From: an uncultured delta proteobacterium
Lineage (GTDB): Bacteria; Myxococcota_A; Polyangia; Polyangiales; Polyangiaceae
Assembly: GCA_963806225.1 (NCBI GenBank)
Contig: CAWDXG010000001.1
Span: forward strand, 1,024,001 to 1,088,000
DNA length: 64,000 bases
Direction of reading: 5' to 3'
A program made the position numbers and the translations under genes. Within the stretch, counting starts at the first letter, position 1, and every line of letters starts with the position of its first letter. The notes beneath the pieces are model-generated. The model searched no databases, was not told the origin of the DNA, and saw only the letters and a program-made list of their open reading frames with translations. Shown one piece after another: positions 28,509-38,264 of this stretch.

Positions 28509-31082
28509 TCAAGGACAGGTGAGGCCGGAGCCCCACAGCTCGTAGCCGCTGTCGCTGCGCACCAGGAAGACCGACAACACGTGGTCGCCAACCCGCCACA
28601 GTGCGCCCTGGCCCGAGTCCTTGCCCTCAGGCGAGAGCGTGACGGGATCGCCGGAGGGAGCCAGGTTTGCATCGAGCGTCTGGGCGCGAACGGTGCGCGA
28701 GCCCGGCTTGCCTTCGGTCCACTGGATCAGCCATCTTCCGCCCGGCAGGCCAACGGCGGCCGGTGAGATGCCGTCGCCGCCGGGACCACCGCTCGGCAGC
28801 TCGAACTGTTGCGAGGTGCGCGGCGCCTTGCCCAGCGCGGCGTGCGCAAGCCGCACGGTCCAGGCGGCGTCGTCGCTCGGGCGCGCCGCGAAGGTGACAA
28901 GCACCTCGCGATCGTTGACTGCTATGTTCGGCGTGCCAACGCGAGGGCCGTCCGCCTTGATCTCCACCAGATCGGTCTTCTTCTCGCCGTCGGGCGTGAG
29001 CCAGCCGACGCGCACTTCGCCGTCGCGCCCGCCGCGGCGGAACGTGACCGCGTGGCCTACGCCGTGGACGCTCACGACGCGTGGCTCGGTGATGCGCTGG
29101 TCGCCCGCGCCCGGCCAGATCGTCTCGGGCTCGCCGTAGCCGATGGCACGCGCCACACCGGCCTTGGTGATGCCCAGGATGAACGGTGGAGCGGCGTCCA
29201 CCGTGTGCGCGCTCTGGAGCGGCGAACCATCGCGATCGACTGCAAAGTCCAGCTTCTTGCCGCGGACCAGCGGCACGACACCGAGCACGTTGTGCTCGCC
29301 GTCGCGCGAGAATTCCTGCGTGAGATCGAGCGATGCGGGCTCGACCTTCACGCCGATGGCGGCCGTCGGCGTCGTGGCAAATCCCAGCGCCACCTCGCCC
29401 CCCGGAGCTGTTGCCAGATAGGGCGGTACCCGCACCGCCGTCTTGTCCGCGAGGCGCGAACCGTGTTTCGCCAATGTGCACGCAGCGTGCGCGGGCGCTC
29501 TCGCTGCCGGGGTGCCGGCGCTGGCCTGGGCAGAGCTGCTCGTGGCGGTACCCGCCTTGGCCGGGGTGGCGCTTGTCGCGCCAGCGCTGGAGCCGCCTCC
29601 GCGGAAGAGCGAGACAACCCCGGCGATCAGCAGCACCACGAGCGCCGACCCCACGATGCCGACCACGAGCGCGACGCGGCGGCGCGCGCCCGACGCGGGT
29701 CCAGGAAACGCCGGATCGAGCGACTGCGCCGCGTCGTCGAAGGGATCGGCGCTGGTGTGCGGTGCCCCGGCGCCCGGATCCCCGAACACCGGCAGAGGCG
29801 CTGCTGGAGCCGCGGCCGCCTCGGGGACGCTGTCCCGGTCGAGCTCGGCACTCCACGACGGCAGCGGCGCCTCGTCCGGAGCGTCCAGCTTGATGTGCGT
29901 GGGCAGCTCGCTTTCCAGGTCGGAGTTGTCGAAGACCTGCGTCGGCAGCTCGTTCTCGGGGTCGGATGGGACCGGGACGATGTGCTCCTTGCCGCCCTCC
30001 ATGGGAGGGATCATCAGCGTGGGGAGCTCATGGTCGGGATCGGATGGAACGGGAACGATCGGCTCGTTGCTCTCCGCGAGCGGCGCGGTGACCTGGGTCG
30101 GTGCCTCGTGGTCGGGGTCCGAGGCGACGGGGACGATGGGCTCCGGTTTCTCCTCGGCGGGCGGCTTGTCGCCCGTAGTTCCCGAGCCCACGTTGATGAT
30201 GAGGCTTGGACGGACGCTGGACGCCGCAGCGTCCTCGTTGGCCGGTGCGGAGGAGCGGCTCGGTGCCGCTGCGGGCGCGGCATCGGGCTGGGTCGCATCG
30301 GGTGCAGGAGCAGCCTCCGGTTCGGTGGCTGCGGTCGCCTCCGGCGCCGGCGCTGCGTCCGGCTTCGTGGCATCGACTTCCGTGGTTGCGGTCGGCTCGG
30401 CCGCGCCGGGCTTCGGGGAGCTCGTTCCGGCAGCCGCCGCGGCGGGCGAGGAGACTTCCTCCAGCTCGGCGTCGATCTCGACCAGAAGCTCTTCTTCAAT
30501 TGGCGCTGCTGCGCGCGGCGGCGGTGGCGGTCGTCCGGACGGGCGTCGTGGTGGCGGCGGCGGTCGCGTGGACGGTCGGCGCGGAGGAGGTGGGCGACCC
30601 TGTCCCGACGTGCTCGAAGACGATGCCAGCGGGCGAGGCGGAGCACCGGGGGCCCGCCCCCCAGGGCGCGGCGGAGGCTGCGAGCTGCCGCTCCGCAGCG
30701 GACTGGCCGCGGGTCGAGGCGGGCCCCCCGGGCGCGGCGGCCCGCCGAGCGTCGGCTTCGGGAGCCCGAGCAGGGTGCGTTTCGGCGCCTGGGGCTGCGC
30801 TGCAGGAGCGGACGTGTAGCGTTCGAGCGGGGGCGCTGGCGGGCTCACGACCGACGCGTCGAGGCGCGGCTCCACCGGCGTCCGGAGCTTGTGTCGTGGC
30901 AGTGCATCGGCCAGGTCAGCAACTTCGGCGGCCTGCAGCCATCCGGCCCAGCCCTCCGTCCACACCAGCACATCCGGCGCGAGCACGCCGCTCCGGAGGT
31001 GGGCCCGAAGCTCCTTGCCGTCGACCGTCTTGAGGTCGCCCTGGCTACTGGCCCACCACCACCATTCCTCGTCGTGACTCAC
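28509..31082 (-). CDS. GYF_2 (DUF4339)-like domain membrane protein with long Pro-rich linker and extracytoplasmic beta domain
   Basis: N-terminal WWW..LVWTEGWAGWLQA, Pro/Ala-rich region, TM helix, beta-rich C-terminus. Confidence 0.75.
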   Translation of the reverse strand: MSHDEEWWWWASSQGDLKTVDGKELRAHLRSGVLAPDVLVWTEGWAGWLQAAEVADLADALPRHKLRTPVEPRLDASVVSPPAPPLERYTSAPAAQPQAPKRTLLGLPKPTLGGPPRPGGPPRPAASPLRSGSSQPPPRPGGRAPGAPPRPLASSSSTSGQGRPPPPRRPSTRPPPPPRRPSGRPPPPPRAAAPIEEELLVEIDAELEEVSSPAAAAAGTSSPKPGAAEPTATTEVDATKPDAAPAPEATAATEPEAAPAPDATQPDAAPAAAPSRSSAPANEDAAASSVRPSLIINVGSGTTGDKPPAEEKPEPIVPVASDPDHEAPTQVTAPLAESNEPIVPVPSDPDHELPTLMIPPMEGGKEHIVPVPSDPENELPTQVFDNSDLESELPTHIKLDAPDEAPLPSWSAELDRDSVPEAAAAPAAPLPVFGDPGAGAPHTSADPFDDAAQSLDPAFPGPASGARRRVALVVGIVGSALVVLLIAGVVSLFRGGGSSAGATSATPAKAGTATSSSAQASAGTPAARAPAHAACTLAKHGSRLADKTAVRVPPYLATAPGGEVALGFATTPTAAIGVKVEPASLDLTQEFSRDGEHNVLGVVPLVRGKKLDFAVDRDGSPLQSAHTVDAAPPFILGITKAGVARAIGYGEPETIWPGAGDQRITEPRVVSVHGVGHAVTFRRGGRDGEVRVGWLTPDGEKKTDLVEIKADGPRVGTPNIAVNDREVLVTFAARPSDDAAWTVRLAHAALGKAPRTSQQFELPSGGPGGDGISPAAVGLPGGRWLIQWTEGKPGSRTVRAQTLDANLAPSGDPVTLSPEGKDSGQGALWRVGDHVLSVFLVRSDSGYELWGSGLTCP

Positions 31083-31250
31083 GGCACCCGAAGCTACCCC
31101 CCGCGCGCCCCGCGCGACAAGCGCCCTCGAACACTACCGGATCGCGGGCCGGTCCGGCCGGGACGCCCGCGCTCGGCCGTCTTGCCAGCTGTTTGCTAGC
31201 GCGGGCTGCGTCGGGTTGACGGGTCGCGGAGCGCGCCCCAGAAGACTGTC

Positions 31251-31685
31251 GTGGCTCTAGTCCGGTCCGTCGTACTGCTGGTTGCACTGTCGATCGCTCC
31301 TGCTGCGGCCGCCAAGGACGCGCCGAGCAAGGACGAGATCCGCTTCCGGAGCGTGACCCGCGACAATGCCGGCGTGGTGCTTTGCGGCCTGTTCAAGCAG
31401 GGGGGCTGGTTGAAGCAGCCCGTCCGGTCCGCGCGAGCGACGGTCAGCGGCCGCGTCGCAGTCTGCGTGTTCCGGGACGTGAAGCCGGGCGTCTACGCGA
31501 TCTCGGCCTTTCACGACGCGAACGACAACGGAAAGCTCGACAAGAACTTCATCGGCATACCGACGGAGGGATTCTGTGCGTCGCGCGATGCGCGTGCCCG
31601 CTTCGGGCCGCCCAGCTTCAAGGACGCGCGCTTCCGTTACAAGGGCGGCGTGTCCTCGATGCAGGTACGCATGCGATATTTCTAG
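31251..31685 (+). CDS. DUF2141 family protein
   Basis: Signal peptide; GVYAISAFHDANDNGKLDKNFIGIPTEGF, GPPSF. Confidence 0.9.
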   Translation: MALVRSVVLLVALSIAPAAAAKDAPSKDEIRFRSVTRDNAGVVLCGLFKQGGWLKQPVRSARATVSGRVAVCVFRDVKPGVYAISAFHDANDNGKLDKNFIGIPTEGFCASRDARARFGPPSFKDARFRYKGGVSSMQVRMRYF

Positions 31686-31712
31686 TCGGTGCAGCTGACG
31701 AAGGGAGGTCAC

Positions 31713-32318
31713 ATGAGCGATTCCGACCGCGTCGAGCCCTGCTATTCGGAACGACTGGACCGGGCGCTGTCGTTCGCAGCCTGCGAGTTCAGGCATCGCG
31801 TGCGCAAGGGCACGGGCGTTCCCTATCTGACGCATCTGCTCGGCGTCATGGTCCTCGTCGCCGAGCACGGCGGCGACGAGGAACAGATGATCGCCGCGCT
31901 GCTCCATGACTATCTCGAGGACATCGACGGCTCGAGCGTCGAGACGCTCGAGCAGCAGTTCGGCGAGCGCGTGGCTCGCTTCGTGCTCGCGTTGAGCGAC
32001 ACCACGGTGCGCCCCAAGCCGCCCTGGGAGGAACGCAAGCGCCGCTACATCGAGCAGGTGGCGACGGAGCCGCCCGACCTGAAGCTGGTGAGCGCAGCCG
32101 ACAAGCTGCACAACGCCAGCTCGCTGTTGCGCGAGCACGCGGACGTAGGTGACCGTCTCTGGGACCGCTTCAACGCCACGCGCGATCAGACGCTCTGGTA
32201 CTACCGCGAGATCATCCGCGCGCTCGGCCACGACTGGCAGCACCCCTTGCTCGACGAGCTGACCTCCGTCGTCCGCGCGCTGCACGAGCGTGTCGAGGTG
32301 GAATACGACTCGCGGTGA
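31713..32318 (+). CDS. HD domain protein, small alarmone hydrolase/Mesh1-like
   Basis: RKGTGVPYLTH, AALLHDYLED, FGERVA..V, ADKLHN; GGAGG RBS. Confidence 0.85.
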   Translation: MSDSDRVEPCYSERLDRALSFAACEFRHRVRKGTGVPYLTHLLGVMVLVAEHGGDEEQMIAALLHDYLEDIDGSSVETLEQQFGERVARFVLALSDTTVRPKPPWEERKRRYIEQVATEPPDLKLVSAADKLHNASSLLREHADVGDRLWDRFNATRDQTLWYYREIIRALGHDWQHPLLDELTSVVRALHERVEVEYDSR

Positions 32319-32324
32319 GCAGGC

Positions 32325-33713
32325 TCAGCACCACCTGACGCGGACGCGGTAGGTGATCTTCGTCTTGGCGTTGGCCGGGACCCTCACGGTGAAGGTGAAG
32401 GTGTGGGCGTCCAGCTTCTTTGTCGGGTGGCTGGAGGAGAGGATCGACCACTCACCGCCGATGGGCTCGAAGTCCTCGACCGTGACGGCGCTGTTCTTGT
32501 GGTTCCTGAGCTCGATCTGCCATGCGCTCTCGGACGCGCAGGTGCCGAGCGTCTTCCAGTCGGTCTGCTTTCGCTCGCCGACCACGTCGAAGGCCTCGCC
32601 CATCTTGATGCGGAGCTTCTCGTCCTTCGGCGTGTGGTCGATGGAGTCCTCGCCGATGAACTGTTTCTGTCCCGAGCTGTCGGCCTTGTAGACGCGGACG
32701 GTGCCCTTGGGCAGCGGCATGCCCATGTGGTTCTGCCTGGAGTTCTTGATGTCGAGGTAGACGCCCACCTTCTGGTTCGACATCACCTGTCCGTAGCGTC
32801 CGCGGTACCAGTACTGCTGGCCGTAGAAGATGAGCTTCTTGTCGACGTGTAGGCCGGCCGCCTGGAGCAGCGTGACCTGCTTCTGCTCGTTGTCGAGCAC
32901 GTCGGTTGGATGCGAGAGCGTGTACAGGTGGTACTCGAAGAAGCCCTCCTCGTGGAAGCTGGGCGCTTTGGCGGCTCCGCCCATTGGCGCGGACATCCTC
33001 CCGTAGCCGGTGCTGCTCGTGACCCGGTTCACGTCGCCGGCGACGAGCTTGAGGTGGGCGTTCTTGTAGGAGGCGCCAGAACGGTTGTCGAGCGTGACCC
33101 AGCCGGTGAGATCGCCGCGCCGGTCGTTCTTGCCGATGACCAGCACGTAGTCGGCATGCCAGTTGATGCCGCCTGTGAGGTAGGTGGCCTCGACGCGCTG
33201 GCGCGGCTGCTTGCTCTGTAGCTTCCAGACGAGCGTGGGCTTGGCGATGAGGTTGTCGGGCACGCTGGGAAATGCGAAGCGCCCTGGGAAACCGTAGGTG
33301 ACCTCGCCGTTCACGCGCACGACGGCCTGGCCGTTCACCACACTGAGCAGGTCCGCGTTGTAGACGATGTCGCGCCCGCGCTTGTCGTCCCAGCGGTAGA
33401 GCTTGACCTTCTTGCCCACGTATTTCTGCAGCAGCTTCTGGGGGCTGAGCAGGTCGTAGCGGTAGTTCTGCTCGAGCACGTCGAGCGCGCCGGGATTGGT
33501 GAGCGACTTGATGTGCACGGTTGCGGGCTGGATGCGCGAAGCGACATCGCGGAAGTCGAGCGAGACCTGCCCCGTGCCGAGATCAACGTCGCGCACCTCG
33601 CGCACCAGCCCCAGATTCTGGTTGTAGACGGTGATGTCCACTTCCTTGCGGTCGGCGGAGGTCGAGTGCTTGCCCGCCGGTGCCGCGTGGGCGGTGGAGC
33701 CGGCGAACAGGCC
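32325..33713 (-). repeat. Dispersed ~1.39-kb near-identical direct repeat, copy 1 (partner 57082..58476)
   Basis: Direct comparison by eye: about 9 substitutions outside a 72-bp divergent block. Confidence 0.92.
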
Positions 33714-33797
33714 GGCTGTCACCAGTATCGCCAGCGTGCCCGGGGTCTTGAGCTTCGTCGCCATCCTGGTTGTCCTTGCAATAGTCGAGGAATCCAT
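32325..33797 (-). CDS. DUF4139 domain secreted protein (copy B)
   Basis: ITVYNQNLGLVRE, LEQNYRYDLL, YLTGGINWHADY, LKLVAGDV, FFEYHLY, GMPLPKGTVRVY; start could also be 33764. Confidence 0.88.
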   Translation of the reverse strand: MDSSTIARTTRMATKLKTPGTLAILVTAGLFAGSTAHAAPAGKHSTSADRKEVDITVYNQNLGLVREVRDVDLGTGQVSLDFRDVASRIQPATVHIKSLTNPGALDVLEQNYRYDLLSPQKLLQKYVGKKVKLYRWDDKRGRDIVYNADLLSVVNGQAVVRVNGEVTYGFPGRFAFPSVPDNLIAKPTLVWKLQSKQPRQRVEATYLTGGINWHADYVLVIGKNDRRGDLTGWVTLDNRSGASYKNAHLKLVAGDVNRVTSSTGYGRMSAPMGGAAKAPSFHEEGFFEYHLYTLSHPTDVLDNEQKQVTLLQAAGLHVDKKLIFYGQQYWYRGRYGQVMSNQKVGVYLDIKNSRQNHMGMPLPKGTVRVYKADSSGQKQFIGEDSIDHTPKDEKLRIKMGEAFDVVGERKQTDWKTLGTCASESAWQIELRNHKNSAVTVEDFEPIGGEWSILSSSHPTKKLDAHTFTFTVRVPANAKTKITYRVRVRWC

Positions 33798-33817
33798 GTG
33801 CTCGTCCCTGTGGCGTC

Positions 33818-35306
33818 TCAGCACCAGCGCAGCCGCACGCGGTAGGTGATCTTCGTCTTGCCGTTCGCCGGCACGTTCACGGTGAACGTGAACGTGTGGG
33901 CGTCCTTCTTCTTCGCCGGATGGTTCGACTGGAGGATCTCCCAGTCGCCTCCGATGGGCTCGTAGACCTCGACCTGTTCGGCCTTGTCCTTGTGGTTCCT
34001 GAGGTCGATCTCCCAGGCGCGTCTCGTACGTGCACATGCCGTACGTCTTCCAGTCGGTCTGCTTGCGATCGCCGACAACGTCGAAGGCGTCGCCCATCTT
34101 GACGCGGATCTTCTCGTCGCGCGGGGTGTGGTCGATGTTGTCCTCGCCGATGAACTCCGTCTGGCCCGAGCTGTCCGCCTTGTACACACGAACGGTGCCT
34201 TTCGGCAGCGGCATGCCCATGTGGTTCTGCTTCGAGTTCTTGATATCGAGGTAGACGCCGACCTTCTGATTCGAGACGACCTGGCCGTAGCGCCCGCGGT
34301 AGTAGCGCGCCGCACCGTAGAAGATCAGCGTCTTCTTGATGCCGATGTCGTGCGCTTCCAGCAGGCTGACCTGCTTCTGCTCCTTGTCGAGCAACGTGGT
34401 CGGGCGATCGAGCGTGTACAGGTGGTACTCGAAGAAGCCCTCTTCCTTGAACTGGGGCGGGGCGGGCGCCTCCGCGGCCTGGGCCTCGGCACGCGCCAGG
34501 ACGGTGTCGACCTGCGCCACGCGCTGCACGTCGCCCGCCACCAGCTTGAGCTTCGCGTCCGCGTAGTCCGTGCCGCTGGTATTGGACAGCGTGACCCAGC
34601 CGTTCAGGTCGCCACGCGTGTCGTCCTTGTTGATCACGAGGACGTAGTCCGCGCTCCAGCTCAGGTTCTTCGTCAGATAGGTGACCTCGACCTTCTGGTG
34701 CGCTGTGCTGCTGCCCAGCAGCCACACCAGCGTCGGCTTCGCGATCAGGTTGTCGGGTACTTTCGGGAAGGCGAAGCGGCCGGGGTAGCCGTAGGTGACC
34801 TCCCCGTTGATGCGCACGACGGGCTGGCCGCCTTCCACGCTCAGGATCTCGGCGTCGGTGACCTCGTCGCGACCGGTTTTCTCGTTCCAGCGGTAGAGCT
34901 TGACCTTCTTGCCGACGTATTTCTCGAGCAGCTTCTGGGGGCTGAGCAGATCGTAGCGGTAGTTCTGCTCCAGCACGTTCAGGGCGTCGGGGCTGGCGAT
35001 CGAGCGGATGTGCACCGTCTCGGGCTGGATGTGTGCGGAAACGTCGCGGTACTCGAGCGACACGCGCCCGGTGCCGAGATCGAGATCGCGGATTTCGCGG
35101 ACCAGACCGAAGTTCTGGTTGTAGACCGTGATCGCGACGCTCTGGCGCTCGGCCACGGTCGATTTCTGCTCATGCACCGGACCGGCGGCCCGGGTGGGCG
35201 GCTTCGCGGGTTTCCGGGCACCGCAGGCGACCAGCGAAAGCCCCAGCAGCGCGAGCGCGACCTGCCGCCGGGCGGATGGGGAACGGAACGGCGACAACGA
35301 GCTCAT
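33818..35306 (-). CDS. DUF4139 domain lipoprotein (copy A), +1 frameshift near 34021
   Basis: Lipobox LVAC; same family motifs as copy B; deleting one C restores ..YESAWEIDLRNHK..RLRWC*. Confidence 0.87.
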
Positions 35307-35585
35307 GGCATTTTCCTGCACACAGGCGATAGGCAACGCCCGCCTGGCGGGCGGGCTGGACGGATACAGTGCTACCGACGACGTACCACCCAACGGGACA
35401 ACCCCGACGCACCTTACAGCGCCGCGGAGATCGCTCCTAGCCCGGTCGCCCCTCGTCATGCCTTCGTCATGATCGACGACAACTTCTGTCTTTCATCCGT
35501 CCCTTGACGACGGCGCTTGGAAGCAGCACAGAAAGGGTGCGACCGAGCACAGCCTACGAGGCTTGTGGAGTTGGGAGGGCGTTCG

Positions 35586-35948
35586 ATGAAGGCATGTCAC
35601 GTCCGGTTCCGCGGCGTCACCGCAACGGCGGAGCTGCTGCGCGTGATCCGGGAGCACGAGGGCATTTTGCAGCAGAAGCTCGAACCGGGAGAGCGCTGCG
35701 AGTCGGTGCTGCTCGAGTGCGTCGACGACGGGCAGGTCCGCGTCACGCTGCGCCTGCGCCTGGGCGCCACCGGTGACATGCACGTCTACCAGTACGCCAG
35801 CGACGCCCTCGGCGCCGTGCACCAGGCGTTCTACCAGGCCTTCAGGCGCGCACAGCAGCAGAGCCCGCCCAGCTCGGGGGTGCGTTCAGCGCGGCCCGGG
35901 CTGCGCCGCACCGGCGGCGAGTCGTTCCGGAGAGCCGGCACGGCTTGA
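35586..35948 (+). CDS. Small protein, divergent HPF/RaiA-like fold (tentative)
   Basis: GGAGG RBS; pattern HVRFRGV..TAELLRVIRE..L....VLL...VRVTLRL...DALGAVHQAF resembles ribosome hibernation factors. Confidence 0.5.
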   Translation: MKACHVRFRGVTATAELLRVIREHEGILQQKLEPGERCESVLLECVDDGQVRVTLRLRLGATGDMHVYQYASDALGAVHQAFYQAFRRAQQQSPPSSGVRSARPGLRRTGGESFRRAGTA

Positions 35949-35977
35949 TCGCGGGGGGGCGCCCTGACCGGAGCGCG

Positions 35978-37177
35978 TCAGCGCCCGCGCCGATGCGGCC
36001 TGGCAGGGGCTTCCGGCGCGGCCTTGCGCTTCGGCGCTGCGCGCTTCGGCGCTGCGCGCTTCGGCGCTGCGCGCTTCCCCGGGTGGCCCTTGGGCTTGGA
36101 CTTTGACGGCGGGCGCGCGCTCGGCGCCGGGCGCGAGCGCGGCGCCGCGCGCGGAGGTGGGGCCCGCCGCACCGGCGCGGTGCGCGGAGCCGCGCGCCGC
36201 GAACCCCGCGGCGCGGTGCGCGGAGCCGCGCTGTCCGGAGCCGCTCGCGCCGGCCACGCCGGAACAGCTCGCCCAGGTCGTGGAGAAGCCGGCTGGCGCT
36301 GCGTCACCCGGGCCGACGTGCTGCGGCGCGCGGCGAGCACAGCCCGCGGACTGGGCATGACGCGTGTTCTCGGCATGGCCGATGCAGGGACGTGCGTGCG
36401 TGACACCGGTGGCCCCATCAACGGGCTGCGCGCGGGCCGGTGATAGCGCTGCGTGTGGGAGGCGACGAAACGAAGCCGTGAGCGCGGCACCAGATGGCGC
36501 CGGAGCGAATGCCCGAACACGTAGTGCGAGTGGCAGAACACGAACGGCAGCGGAGGGCGATGGTAGAGCACGACCGCGACGCCGCCGAACCAGACGTAGG
36601 CCGGGGGCATGGGCGCCCAGCCCACGTAGTCGTAGCCGGGCTCCGGCACACGCCATACCACCCACGCGCTGGCGTAGCGCCGCCCCGGGATCCAGGCCCA
36701 GCCCGTTCCGCTGATCCACACCCAGCGTCCGTAGTGGAAGACCACCCAGCCCCACGGCAGGTCGCTGACCCACACCCAGTCGCCGTTGGTTGCGAGCGCC
36801 CAGTGGCCTGAAGTCAGGTACGGGGCGAAGTCGGCGCCCGCGTCGCGCGGGTCAGGGACCCAGACCACGCCGTACACCGGATCGTCGATCCACGTCCCGT
36901 ACGGGTCGAGGGTGGGGCGGAAGTAGGTGAGCGCACCCGGATCGGTGTCCGCGTACACGTCGGGAGTCGCTGCGACAGGTGCGGGGCGGGGAGCCGGGGC
37001 CGGCGCGGCTCCGGCTTCGGCTGCAATCCCGCCGTCCGCCGCTGGTCCAGACGATGCCGCGGCGGCAGCGGATTGGGCGCTAGCCGGCGGCAGAGCCATC
37101 AGCAGCACGAGCACGCCCGACAGCACCGCGAGCAATGCGCGCGCCGGCGTTCCGGGCTTCGAGCCAGGTTGCGACAT
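35978..37177 (-). CDS. DUF6600-like protein (Trp-rich repeats) with basic low-complexity tail
   Basis: Signal peptide; LDPYGTW..YGVVWVP, PYLTSGHW, WVWVSDLPWGWVVFHYGRW, WAWIPG. Confidence 0.8.
   Translation of the reverse strand: MSQPGSKPGTPARALLAVLSGVLVLLMALPPASAQSAAAAASSGPAADGGIAAEAGAAPAPAPRPAPVAATPDVYADTDPGALTYFRPTLDPYGTWIDDPVYGVVWVPDPRDAGADFAPYLTSGHWALATNGDWVWVSDLPWGWVVFHYGRWVWISGTGWAWIPGRRYASAWVVWRVPEPGYDYVGWAPMPPAYVWFGGVAVVLYHRPPLPFVFCHSHYVFGHSLRRHLVPRSRLRFVASHTQRYHRPARSPLMGPPVSRTHVPASAMPRTRVMPSPRAVLAARRSTSARVTQRQPASPRPGRAVPAWPARAAPDSAAPRTAPRGSRRAAPRTAPVRRAPPPRAAPRSRPAPSARPPSKSKPKGHPGKRAAPKRAAPKRAAPKRKAAPEAPARPHRRGR
36026..36077 (-). repeat. 15-bp tandem repeat (KRAAP x3-4)
   Basis: gcgcttcggcgctgc repeated. 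Confidence 0.8.
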
Positions 37178-37200
37178 GTCAGGTTCCTCGTCCTCGACCA

Positions 37201-37217
37201 CGCAAGAGGCAGGCCAA
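37201..37217 (-). promoter_or_regulatory. Putative sigma-54 promoter for the DUF6600-like gene
   Basis: Minus strand TTGGCCTGCCTCTTGCG, GG-N10-GC, 24 nt upstream of the ATG. Confidence 0.5.
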
Positions 37218-37340
37218 GCCGCAAATTGCCGGTCCGGAGCCGCCAGGCACCGCGCAAGCGGCGCGTGGGCCCCCGCCGGCGCTGCATGGGCTGCACGTCC
37301 GGCCTTCCCGGATCCGTGAGGCGGACCCACGCTGGTGGTC

Positions 37341-38160
37341 ATGGCGGATGCGAAGATCGCGTACGTGACGGTGCTGACGGGCGGCGATGCGTACCTGCCG
37401 GGTGTGGAGGTGCTGGGGCAGTCGATCCGCGCCAGTGGATCGAACGTCCCGCACGTTGTGATGGTCACCCCCGACGTTCGGGGCGAGTGCTCGCGGCGCT
37501 CTATCGGCGCAGGGCTCGATCCTGCGGGACATCGAGCCGATCCCGAACCCCAGCCCTGCGCGGGCGCACCTGTATCCCCGCTTCGCCCACGTGTTCACGA
37601 AGCTCAGGGCCTGGGACCTGACCGAGTACGACAAGCTCGTGCTGCTCGACGCCGACACGATCGTCGTCCAGCGCATCGACGATCTGTTCGAGCGACCCGG
37701 AATTGCCGCCGCGCCCGACTTCTTCCTGCCCGATCAATTCAACTCGGGCGTGATGGTGCTCGAGCCCGGAGAGCAGACGTTCCGCGCCATGCTGGATCGG
37801 CTCGGAAGCGTTCCGAGCTACGACGGCGGCGACCAGGGCTTCCTCAACGAGTTCTTCCACGACTGGTACGCGATGCCGGTCGAGCATCGCCTGCCGATCG
37901 GCTACAACGTGCACAACTTCATCTTCCAGTTCCTGCACAGTCACCAGAGCCTGAAGGCCGAGCTGGCACGCCGCGTGAAGGTGATCCACTACACGCTCCA
38001 GAAGCCCTGGCTGAGCCATCCCACTGTGTCGGGTGGCGCTGCGCTGTGGTGGCGCACCTACTTCGATGTGCACCCCGAGCGGGATCGCGCATGGAAGCGC
38101 CGGTTCCACGAGCTCGAAGACTGGTCGTTCGAGTGGGTGGTGGCGCTGCTGTCGCGCTAG
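37341..38160 (+). CDS. Glycosyltransferase family 8, glycogenin-like; +1 frameshift near 37481
   Basis: AYVTVL..DAYLPG, FTKLRAWDLTEYDKLVLLDAD, FNSGVMVLEP, YDGGDQGFLN, YN, VIHY..KPW; removing one G of the GGGG run joins the frames. Confidence 0.88.
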
Positions 38161-38264
38161 CCGCGGTCGCCCGCAACTTGACGATTTGCAAGACGGAGAC
38201 CCCGCACAAGCCGCCGTCAGCCCGAGGTTGTCAGCGCCGCCCGGAAGCGCTACTCGCATGCACG

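Noticed and set aside
28809..31199. Long antisense and alternative-frame ORFs (also 16374-17831, 47033-49180, 59890-62088 and others)
   Set aside because: Arg/Ala/Gly-rich shadow ORFs expected at ~70% GC, overlapping genes with clear motifs
32325..35459. 1044-aa ORF looking like a tandem DUF4139 fusion
   Set aside because: Artefact of the +1 frameshift near 34021; copy A ends at 33818 (RLRWC*) and copy B has its own signal peptide
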